From contig OZ024744.1 of NCBI GenBank assembly GCA_964016885.1, positions 121,520,001 to 121,584,000 on the forward strand: a stretch of 64,000 nt of DNA, written 5' to 3'. This document shows positions 27,600 through 39,949 of this stretch, one piece after another. A program made the position numbers and the translations under genes. Under the pieces are notes generated by a model that saw only the letters and a program-made list of their open reading frames with translations, was not told the DNA's origin and searched no databases. The first letter of the stretch is position 1; each line of letters begins with the position of its first letter. The DNA comes from Eledone cirrhosa. Its lineage: Eukaryota.

Positions 27600-30500
27600 T
27601 ATAGACATGTGATGTGTATGGATGAACTGAGGGAGAAATTGGGAATAAGAGGAATCAGATGTAGTGTGTAGGAGAGGAGACTGTGTTGGTATAGACATGT
27701 GATGTGTATGGATGAAGTGAGAGAGAATCTAGGTATAAGAGGAATCAGACTGAGAGAGAAACTAGGTATCAGAGGAATCAGATATAGTGTGTAGGAGAGA
27801 AACAAGATGTAGTGTGTAGTAGAGTTTACTGTGTTGGTATAGACATGTGATGTGTATGAATGAACTGAGAGAGAAACTAGGTATAAGAGGTATCAGATGT
27901 AGTGTGTAGGAGAGGTGACTGTGTTGGTATAGACATGTAATGTGTATGGATGAACTGAGAGAGAACCTAGGTATAAGAGGAATCAGATGTAGGAGAGGAG
28001 ACTGTGTTGGTGTAGACATGTGATGTGTATGGATGAACTGAGAGAGAAACCGACTATAAGAGGAATCAGATGTAGTATGTGGGAGAGGAGCCTGTCTTGC
28101 TATAGACATGTGATGTGTATGGATGAACTGAGAGAGAAACTAGGTATAAGAGGAATCAGATATAGGAGAGGAGACTGTGTTGGTATAGACATGGGATGTG
28201 TATGGATAAACTGAGAGAGAAACTAGGTATAAGAGGAATCAGATGAAGGAGAGGAGACTGTGTTAGTATAGACATGTGATGTGTATGGATGAACTGAGAG
28301 AGAAACTAGGTATAAGAGGAATCAGATGTAGTGTGTAGGAGAGGAGACTGTGTTGGTATAGACATGTGATGTGTATGGATGAAGTGAGAGATAAACTAGG
28401 TATAAGAGGAATCAGATGTAGGAGAGGAGACTGTGTTAGTATAGACATGTGATGTGTATGGATGAACTGAGAGAGAAACTAGGTATAAGAGGAATCAGAT
28501 GTAGTGTGTAGGAGAGGAGACTGTGTTGGTATAGACATGTGATGTGTATGGATGAAGTGAGAGATAAACTAGGTATAAGAGGAATCAGACGTAGTGTGTA
28601 GGAGAGGAGACTGTGTTGGTATAGATATGTGATGTGTATGGATGAACTGAGAGAAAAACCGGCTATAAGAGGAATCAGATGTAGTGTGTAGGAGAGGAGA
28701 CTGTGTTGGTATAGACATGTGATGTTTATGGATGAACTGAGAGAGAAACTGGGTATAAGAGGAATCAGATGTAGTGTGTAGGAGAGGAGACTGTGTTGGT
28801 ATAGACATGGGATGTGTATGGATAAACTGAGAGAGAAACTAGGCATAAGAGGAATCAGATGTAGGAGAGGAGACTGTGTTGGTATAGACATGTGATGTGT
28901 ATGGATGAACTGAGAGAGAAACTAGGTATAAGAGGAATCAGATGTAGGAGAGGAGACTGTGTTGGTATAGACATGGGATGTGTATGGATGAACTGAGAGA
29001 GAAACTAGGTATAAGAGGAATCAGATGTAGGAGAGGAGACTGTGTTGGTATAGACATGTGATGTGTATGGATGAACTAAGAGAGAAACTAGGTACAAGAG
29101 GAATCAGATGTAGTGTGTAGGAGAGGAGACTGTGTTGGTATAGACATGTGATGTGTATGGATGAAGTGAGACATAAACTAGGTATAAGAGGAATCAGACG
29201 TAGTGTGTAGGAGAGGAGACTGTGTTGGTATAGATATGTGATGTGTATGGATGAACTGAGAGAAAAACCGGCTATAAGAGGAATCAGATGTAGTGTGTAG
29301 GACAGGAGACTGTGTTGGTATAGACATGTGATGTTTATGGATGAACTGAGAGAGAAACTGGGTATAAGAGGAATCAGATGTAGTGTGTAGGAGAGGAGAC
29401 TGTGTTGGTGTAGACATGTAATGTGTATGGATGAACTGAGGGAGAAACTGGGTATAAGAGGAATCAGATGTAATGTGTAGGAGAGGAGACTGTGTTGGTA
29501 TAGACATGTGATGTGTATGCATGAACTGAGAGAGAAACTAGGTATAAGAGGGATCAGATGTAGTGTGTATGAGAGGAGACTGTGTTGGTATAGACATGTG
29601 ATGTGTATGGATGAACTGAGAGAGAAACTAGGTATGAGAGGAATCAGATGTAGTGTGTAGGAGAAGAGACTGTGTTGTGATAGACATGTGATGTGTATGG
29701 ATGAACTGAGAGAGAAACTAGGTATAAGAGGAATCAGATGTAGGAGAGGAGACTGTGTTGGTATAGACATGTGATGTGTGTGGATGAACTGAGGGAGAAA
29801 TTGGGAATAAGAGGAATCAGATGTAGTGTGTAGGAGAGGAGACTGTGTTGGTATAGACATGTGATGTGTATGGATGAAGTGAGAGAGAATCTAGGTATAA
29901 GAGGAATCAGACTGAGAGAGAAACTAGGTATCAGAGGAATCAGATATAGTGTGTAGGAGAGAAACAAGATGTAGTGTGTAGTAGAGTTTACTGTGTTGGT
30001 ATAGACATGTGATGTGTATGAATGCACTGAGAGAGAAACTAGGTATAAGAGGTATCAGATGTAGTGTGTAGGAGAGGTGACTGTGTTGGTATAGACATGT
30101 AATGTGTATGGATGAACTGAGAGAGAACCTAGGTATAAGAGGAATCAGATGTAGGAGAGGAGACTGTGTTGGTGTAGACATGTGATGTGTATGGATGAAC
30201 TGAGAGAGAAACCGGCTATAAGAGGAATCAGATGTAGTATGTGGGAGAGGAGCCTGTCTTGCTATAGACATGTGATGTGAATGGATGAACTGAGAGAGAA
30301 ACTAGGTATAAGAGGAATCAGATATAGGAGAGGAGACTGTGTTGGTATAGACATGGGATGTGTATGGATAAACTCAGAGAGAAACTAGGTATAAGAGGAA
30401 TCAGATGAAGGAGAGGAGACTGTGTTGGTATAGACATGTGATGTGTATGGATGAACTAAGAGAGAAACTCGGTATAAGAGGAATCAGATGTAGGAGAGGA

Positions 30501-33500
30501 GACTGTGTTGGTATAGACATGTGATGTGTATGGATGAACTGAGAGAGAAACTAGGTATGAGAGGAATCAGATGTAGGAGAGGAGACTGTGTTGGTATAGA
30601 CATGGGATGTGTATGGATGAACTGAGAGAGAAACTAGGTATAAGAGGAATCAGATGTAGGAGAGGAGACTGTGTTGGTATAGACATGTGATGTGTATGGA
30701 TGAACTGAGAGAGAAACTAGGTATAAGAGGAATCAGATGAAGGAGAGGAGACTGTGTTGGTATAGACATGTGATGTGTATGGATGAACTGAGAGAGAAAC
30801 TCGGTATAAGAGGAATCAGATGTAGGAGAGGAGACTGTGTTGGTATAGACATGGGATGTGTATGGATGAACTGAGATAGAAACTAGGTATAAGAGGAATC
30901 AGATGTAGGAGAGGAGACTGTGTTGGTATAGACGTGTGATGTGTATGGATGAACTGAGAGAGAAACTAGGTATAAGAGGGATCAGATGTAGTGTGTATGA
31001 GAGGAGACTGTGTTGGTATAGACATGTGATGTGTATGGATGAACTGAGAGAGAAACTAGGTATGAGAGGAATCAGATGTAGTGTGTAGGAGAAGAGACTG
31101 TGTTGTGATAGACATGTGATGTGTATGGATGAACTGAGAGAGAAACTAGGTATCAAAGGAATCAGATGTAGTGTGTAGGAGAGGAGACTGTGTTGGTATA
31201 GACATGTGATGTGTGTGGATGAACTGAGGGAGAAATTGGGAATAAGAGGAATCAGATGTAGTGTGTAGGAGAGGAGACTGTGTTGGTATAGACATGTGAT
31301 GTGTATGGATGAAGTGAGAGAGAATCTAGGTATAAGAGGAATCAGACTGAGAGAGAAACTAGGTATCAGAGGAATCAGATATAGTGTGTAGGAGAGAAAC
31401 AAGATGTAGTGTGTAGTAGAGTTTACTGTGTTGGTATAGACATGTGATGTGTATGAATGAACTGAGAGAGAAACTAGGTATAAGAGGTATCAGATGTAGT
31501 GTGTAGGAGAGGTGACTGTGTTGGTATAGACATGTAATGTGTATGGATGAACTGAGAGAGAACCTAGGTATAAGAGGAATCAGATGTAGGAGAGGAGACT
31601 GTGTTGGTGTAGACATGTGATGTGTATGGATGAACTGAGAGAGAAACCGGCTATAAGAGGAATCAGATGTAGTATGTGGGAGAGGAGCCTGTCTTGCTAT
31701 AGACATGTGATGTGTATGGATGAACTGAGAGAGAAACTAGGTATAAGAGGAATCAGATATAGGAGAGGAGACTGTGTTGGTATAGACATGGGATGTGTAT
31801 GGATAAACTGAGAGAGAAACTAGGTATAAGAGGAATCAGATGAAGGAGAGGAGACTGTGTTAGTATAGACATGTGATGTGTATGGATGAACTGAGAGAGA
31901 AACTAGGTATAAGAGGAATCAGATGTAGTGTGTAGGAGAGGACACTGTGTTGGTATAGACATGTGATGTGTATGGATGAAGTGAGAGATAAACTAGGTAT
32001 AAGAGGAATCAGATGTAGGAGAGGAGACTGTGTTAGTATAGACATGTGATGTGTATGGATGAACTGAGAGAGAAACTAGGTATAAGAGGAATCAGATGTA
32101 GTGTGTAGGAGAGGAGACTGTGTTGGTATAGACATGTGATGTGTATGGATGAAGTGAGAGATAAACTAGGTATAAGAGGAATCAGACGTAGTGTGTAGGA
32201 GAGGAGACTGTGTTGGTATAGATATGTGATGTGTATGGATGAACTGAGAGAGAAACTGGGTATAAGAGGAATCAGATGTAGTGTGTAGGAGAGGAGACTG
32301 TGTTGGTATAGACATGGGATGTGTATGGATAAACTGAGAGAGAAACTAGGCATAAGAGGAATCAGATGTAGGAGAGGAGACTGTGTTGGTATAGACATGT
32401 GATGTGTATGGATGAACTGAGAGAGAAACTAGGTATAAGAGGAATCAGATGTAGGAGAGGAGACTGTGTTGGTATAGACATGGGATGTGTATGGATGAAC
32501 TGAGAGAGAAACTAGGTATAAGAGGAATCAGATGTAGGAGAGGAGACTGTGTTGGTATAGACATGTGATGTGTATGGATGAACTGAGAGAGAAACTAGGT
32601 ACAAGAGGAATCAGATGTAGTGTGTAGGAGAGGAGACTGTGTTGGTATAGACATGTGATGTGTATGGATGAAGTGAGACATAAACTAGGTATAAGAGGAA
32701 TCAGACGTAGTGTGTAGGAGAGGAGACTGTGTTGGTATAGATATGTGATGTGTATGGATGAACTGAGAGAAAAACCGGCTATAATAGGAATCAGATGTAG
32801 TGTGTAGGACAGGAGACTGTGTTGGTATAGACATGTGATGTTTATGGATGAACTGAGAGAGAAACTGGGTATAAGAGGAATCAGATGTAGTGTGTAGGAG
32901 AGGAGACTGTGTTGGTGTAGACATGTAATGTGTATGGATGAACTGAGGGAGAAACTGGGTATAAGAGGAATCAGATGTAATGTGTAGGAGAGGAGACTGT
33001 GTTGGTATAGACATGTGATGTGTATGCATGAACTTAGAGAGAAACTAGGTATAAGAGGAATCAGATGTAGTGTGTAGGAGAAAAGACTGTGTTGGTGTAG
33101 ACATGTGATGTGTATGGATGAACTGAGAGAGATACTAGGTATAAGAGGAATCAGATGTAGTGTGTAGGAGAGGAGACTGTGTTGGTGTAGACATGTGATG
33201 TGTATGGATGAACTGAGAGAGAAACTAGGTATAAGAGGAATCAGATGTAGTGTGTAGGAGAGGAGAGTGTGTTGGTATATACATGTGATGTGTATGGATG
33301 AACAGAGAGGGAAACTCGGTATAAGAGGAATCAGATGTAGTGAGTAGGAGAGGAGAGAGTGTTGGTATAGACATGTGATGTGAATGGATGAACTGAGAGA
33401 GAAACTAGGTATAAGAGGAATCAGATGAAGGAGAGGAGACTGTGTTGGTATAGACATGTGATGTGTATGGATGAACTGAGTGAGGAATTGGGAATAAAAG

Positions 33501-33700
33501 ACATCAGATGTAATGTGTAGGAGAGGAGACTGTGTTGGTATAGACATGTGATGTGTATGGATGAACTGAGAGAGAAACTAGGTATAAGAGGAATCAGATG
33601 TAGGAGAGGAGACGGTGTTGGTATAGACATGGGATGTGTATGGATGAACTGAGAGAGAAACTAGGTATAAGAGGAATCAGATGTAGGAGAGGAGTCTGTG
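27600..33700 (+). repeat. Approximately 6-kb block duplicating about 13350-19460 (offset 14244 bp, then 14237 bp)
   Basis: ORF-track pairs at +14244: 13518/27762, 14019/28263, 14192/28436, 14777/29021. Pairs at +14237: 15687/29924, 16662/30899, 17796/32033, 18291/32528, 19184/33421. Confidence 0.88.
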
Positions 33701-36700
33701 TTGGTATAGACATGTGATGTGTATGGATGAAGTGAGAGATAAACTAGGTATAAGAGGAATCAGACGTAGTGTGTAGGAGAGGAGACTGTGTTGGTATAGA
33801 TATGTGATGTGTATGGATGAACTGAGAGAAAAACCGGCTATAAGAGGAATCAGATGTAGTGTGTAGGAGATGAGACTGTGTTGGTATAGACATGTGATGT
33901 TTATGGATGAACTGAGAGAGAAACTGGGTATAAGAGGAATCAGATGTAGTGTGTAGGAGAGGAGACTGTGTTGGTGTAGACATGTAATGTGTATGGATGA
34001 ACTGAGGGAGAAACTGGGTATAAGAGGAATCAGATGTAATGTGTAGGAGAGGAGACTGTGTTGGTATAGACATGTGATGTGTATGCATGAACTTAGAGAG
34101 AAACTAGGTATAAGAGGAATCAGATGTAGTGTGTAGGAGAGGAGACTGTGTTGGTGTAGACATGTGATGTGTATGGATGAACTGAGAGAGATACTAGGTA
34201 TAAGAGGAATCAGATGTAGTGTGTAGGAGAGGAGACTGTGTTGGTGTAGACATGTGATGTGTATGGATGAACTGAGAGAGAAACTAGGTATAAGAGGAAT
34301 CAGATGTAGTGTGTAGGAGAGGAGAGTGTGTTGGTATATACATGTGATGTGTATGGATGAACAGAGAGGGAAACTCGGTATAAGAGGAATCAGATGTAGT
34401 GTGTAGGAGAGGAGAGAGTGTTGGTATAGACATGTGATGTGAATGGATGAACTGAGAGAGAAACTAGGTATAAGAGGAATCAGATGAAGGAGAGGAGACT
34501 GTGTTGGTATAGACATGTGATGTGTATGGATGAACTGAGGGAGAAATTGGGAATAAAAGACATCAGATGTAATGTGTAGGAGAGGAGACTGTGTTGGTAT
34601 AGACATGTGATGTGTATGGATGAACTGAGAGAGAAATTGGGAATAAAAGGAATCAGATGAAGGAGAGGAGACTGTGTTGGCATAGACATGTGATGTGTAT
34701 GGATGGACAGAGAGGGAAACTCGGTATAAGAGGAATCAGATGTAGTGTGTAGGAGAGGAGAGAGTGTTGGTATAGACATGTGATGTGAATGGATGAACTG
34801 AGAGAGAAACTAGGTATAAGAGGAATCAGATGAAGGAGAGGAGACTGTGTTGGTATAGACATGTGATGTGTATGGATGAACTGAGAGAGAAATTGGGAAT
34901 AAAAGGAATCAGATGAAGGAGAGGAGACTGTGTTGGTATAGACATGTGATGTGTATGGATGAACTGAGAGAGAAACTAGACATAAGAGGAATCAGATGTA
35001 GGAGAGGAGACTGTGTTGGTATAGACATGTGATGTGTATGGATGAACTGAGAGAGAAACTAGGTATAAGAGGAATCAGATGTAGGAGAGGAGACTGTGTT
35101 GGTATAGACATGGGATGTGTATGGATGAACTGAGAGAGAAACTAGGTATAAGAGGAATCAGATGTAGGAGAGGAGACTGTGTTGGTATAGACATGTGATG
35201 TGTATGGATGAACTGAGAGAGAAACTAGGTATAAGAGGAATCAGATGAAGGAGAGGAGACTGTGTTGGTATACACATGTGATGTGTATGGATGAACTGAG
35301 AGAGAAACTCGGTATAAGAGGAATCAGATGTAGGAGAGGAGACTGTGTTGGTATAGACATGGGATGTGTATGGATGAACTGAGATAGAAACTAGGTATAA
35401 GAGGAATCAGATGTAGGAGAGGAGACTGTGTTGGTATAGACATGTGATGTGGATGGATGAACTGAGAGAGAAACTAGGTATAAGAGGGATCAGATGTAGT
35501 GTGTATGAGAGGAGACTGTGTTGGTATAGACATGTGATGTGTATGGATGAACTGAGAGAGAAACTAGGTATGATAGGAATCAGATGTAGTGTGTAGGAGA
35601 AGAGACTGTGTTGTGATAGACATGTGATGTGTATGGATGAACTGAGAGAGAAACTAGGTATCAAAGGAATCAGATGTAGTGTGTAGGAGAGGAGACTGTG
35701 TTGGTATAGACATGTGATGTGTGTGGATGAACTGAGGGAGAAATTGGGAATAAGAGGAATCAGATGTAGTGTGTAGGAGAGGAGACTGTGTTGGTATAGA
35801 CATGTGATGTGTATGGATGAAGTGAGAGAGAACCTAGGTATAAGAGGAATCAGACTGAGAGAGAAACTAGGTATCAAAGGAATCAGATATAGTGTGTAGG
35901 AGAGAAACAAGATGTAGTGTGTAGTAGAGTTTACTGTGTTGGTATAGACATGTGATGTGTATGAATGAACTGAGAGAGAAACTAGGTATAAGAGGTATCA
36001 GATGTAGTGTGTAGGAGAGGTGACTGTGTTGGTATAGACATGTAATGTGTATGGATGAACTGAGAGAGAACCTAGGTATAAGAGGAATCAGATGTAGGAG
36101 AGGAGACTGTGTTGGTGTAGACATGTGATGTGTATGGATGAACTGAGAGAGAAACCGGCTATAAGAGGAATCAGATGTAGTATGTGGGAGAGGAGCCTAT
36201 CTTGCTATAGACATGTGATGTGTATGGATGAACTGAGAGAGAAACTAGGTATAAGAGGAATCAGATGTAGGAGAGGAGACTGTGTTGGTATAGACATGGG
36301 ATGTGTATGGATGAACTGAGATAGAAACTAGGTATAAGAGGAATCAGATGTAGGAGAGGAGACTGTGTTAGTATAGACATGTGATGTGTATGGATGAACT
36401 GAGAGAGAAACTAGGTATAAGAGGAATCAGATGTAGTGTGTAGGAGAGGAGACTGTGTTGGTATAGACATGTGATGTGTATGGATGAAGTGAGAGAGAAA
36501 CTAGGTATAAGAGGAATCAGATATAGGAGAGGAGACTGTGTTGGTATAGACATGGGATGTGTATGGATAAACTGAGAGAGAAACTAGGCATAAGAGGAAT
36601 CAGATGTAGGAGAGGAGACTGTGTTGGTATAGACATGTGATGTGTATGGATGAACTGAGAGAGAAACTAGGTATAAGAGGAATCAGATGTAGGAGAGGAG

Positions 36701-39700
36701 ACTGTGTTGGTATAGACATGGGATGTGTATGGATGAACTGAGAGAGAAACTAGGTATAAGAGGAATCAGATGTAGGAGAGGAGACTGTGTTGGTATAGAC
36801 ATGTGATGTGTATGGATGAACTGAGAGAGAAACTAGGTATAAGAGGAATCAGATGAAGGAGAGGAGACTGTGTTGGTATAGACATGTGATGTGTATGGAT
36901 GAACTGAGAGAGAAACTCGGTATAAGAGGAATCAGATGTAGGAGAGGAGACTGTGTTGGTATAGACATGGGATGTGTATGGATGAACTGAGATAGAAACT
37001 AGGTATAAGAGGAATCAGATGTAGGAGAGGAGACTGTGTTGGTATAGACGTGTGATGTGTATGGATGAACTGAGAGAGAAACTAGGTATAAGAGGGATCA
37101 GATGTAGTGTGTATGAGAGGAGACTGTGTTGGTATAGACATGTAATGTGTATGGATGAACTGAGAGAGAAACTAGGTATGAGAGGAATCAGATGTAGTGT
37201 GTAGGAGAAGAGACTGTGTTGTGATAGACATGTGATGTGTATGGATGAACTGAGAGAGAAACTAGGTATCAAAGGAATCAGATGTAGTGTGTAGGAGAGG
37301 AGACTGTGTTGGTATAGACATGTGATGTGTGTGGATGAACTGAGGGAGAAATTGGGAATAAGAGGAATCAGATGTAGTGTGTAGGAGAGGAGACTGTGTT
37401 GGTATAGACATGTGATGTGTATGGATGAAGTGAGAGAGAATCTAGGTATAAGAGGAATCAGACTGAGAGAGAAACTAGGTATCAGAGGAATCAGATATAG
37501 TGTGTAGGAGAGAAACAAGATGTAGTGTGTAGTAGAGTTTACTGTGTTGGTATAGACATGTGATGTGTATGAATGAACTGAGAGAGAAACTAGGTATAAG
37601 AGGTATCAGATGTAGTGTGTAGGAGAGGTGACTGTGTTGGTATAGACATGTAATGTGTATGGATGAACTGAGAGAGAACCTAGGTATAAGAGGAATCAGA
37701 TGTAGGAGAGGAGACTGTGTTGGTGTAGACATGTGATGTGTATGGATGAACTGAGAGAGAAACCGGCTATAAGAGGAATCAGATGTAGTATGTGGGAGAG
37801 GAGCCTGTCTTGCTATAGACATGTGATGTGTATGGATGAACTGAGAGAGAAACTAGGTATAAGAGGAATCAGATATAGGAGAGGAGACTGTGTTGGTATA
37901 GACATGGGATGTGTATGGATAAACTGAGAGAGAAACTAGGTATAAGAGGAATCAGATGAAGGAGAGGAGACTGTGTTGGTATAGACATGGGATGTGTATG
38001 GATGAACTAAGAGAGAAACTCGGTATAAGAGGAATCAGATGTAGGAGAGGAGACTGTGTTGGTATAGACATGTGATGTGTATGGATGAACTGAGAGAGAA
38101 ACTAGGTATAAGAGGAATCAGATGTAGGAGAGGAGACTGTGTTGGTATAGACATGGGATGTGTATGGATGAACTGAGAGAGAAACTAGGTATAAGAGGAA
38201 TCAGATGTAGGAGAGGAGACTGTGTTGGTATAGACATGTGATGTGTCTGGATGAACTGAGAGAGAAACTAGGTATAAGAGGAATCAGATGAAGGAGAGGA
38301 GACTGTGTTGGTATAGACATGTGATGTGTATGGATGAACTGAGATAGAAACTAGGTATAAGAGGAATCAGATGTAGGAGAGGAGACTGTGTTGGTATAGA
38401 CGTGTGATGTGTATGGATGAACTGAGAGAGAAACTAGGTATAAGAGGGATCAGATGTAGTGTGTATGAGAGGAGACTGTGTTGGTATAGACATGTGATGT
38501 GTATGGATGAACTGAGAGAGAAACTAGGTATGAGAGGAATCAGATGTAGTGTGTAGGAGAAGAGACTGTGTTGTGATAGACATGTGATGTGTATGGATGA
38601 ACTGAGAGAGAAACTAGGTATCAAAGGAATCAGATGTAGTGTGTAGGAGAGGAGACTGTGTTGGTATAGACATGTGATGTGTGTGGATGAACTGAGGGAG
38701 AAATTGGGAATAAGAGGAATCAGATGTAGTGTGTAGGAGAGGAGACTGTGTTGGTATAGACATGTGATGTGTATGGATGAAGTGAGAGAGAATCTAGGTA
38801 TAAGAGGAATCAGACTGAGAGAGAAACTAGGTATCAGAGGAATCAGATATAGTGTGTAGGAGAGAAACAAGATGTAGTGTGTAGTAGAGTTTACTGTGTT
38901 GGTATAGACATGTGATGTGTATGAATGAACTGAGAGAGAAACTAGGTATAAGAGGTATCAGATGTAGTGTGTAGGAGAGGTGACTGTGTTGGTATAGACA
39001 TGTAATGTGTATGGATGAACTGAGAGAGAACCTAGGTATAAGAGGAATCAGATGTAGGAGAGGAGACTGTGTTGGTGTAGACATGTGATGTGTATGGATG
39101 AACTGAGAGAGAAACCGGCTATAAGAGGAATCAGATGTAGTATGTGGGAGAGGAGCCTGTCTTGCTATAGACATGTGATGTGTATGGATGAACTGAGAGA
39201 GAAACTAGGTATAAGAGGAATCAGATATAGGAGAGGAGACTGTGTTGGTATAGACATGGGATGTGTATGGATAAACTGAGAGAGAAACTAGGTATAAGAG
39301 GAATCAGATGAAGGAGAGGAGACTGTGTTAGTATAGACATGTGATGTGTATGGATGAACTGAGAGAGAAACAAGGTATAAGAGGAATCAGATGTAGTGTG
39401 TAGGAGAGGAGACTGTGTTGGTATAGACATGTGATGTGTATGGATGAAGTGAGAGATAAACTAGGTATAAGAGGAATCAGATGTAGGAGAGGAGACTGTG
39501 TTAGTATAGACATGTGATGTGTATGGATGAACTGAGAGAGAAACTAGGTATAAGAGGAATCAGATGTAGTGTGTAGGAGAGGAGACTGTGTTGGTATAGA
39601 CATGTGATGTGTATGGATGAAGTGAGAGATAAACTAGGTATAAGAGGAATCAGACGTAGTGTGTAGGAGAGGAGACTGTGTTGGTATAGATATGTGATGT

Positions 39701-39949
39701 GTATGGATGAACTGAGAGAAAAACCGGCTATAAGAGGAATCAGATGTAGTGTGTAGGAGAGGAGACTGTGTTGGTATAGACATGTGATGTTTATGGATGA
39801 ACTGAGAGAGAAACTGGGTATAAGAGGAATCAGATGTAGTGTGTAGGAGAGGAGACTGTGTTGGTGTAGACATGTAATGTGTATGGATGAACTGAGGGAG
39901 AAACTGGGTATAAGAGGAATCAGATGTAATGTGTAGGAGAGGAGACTGT

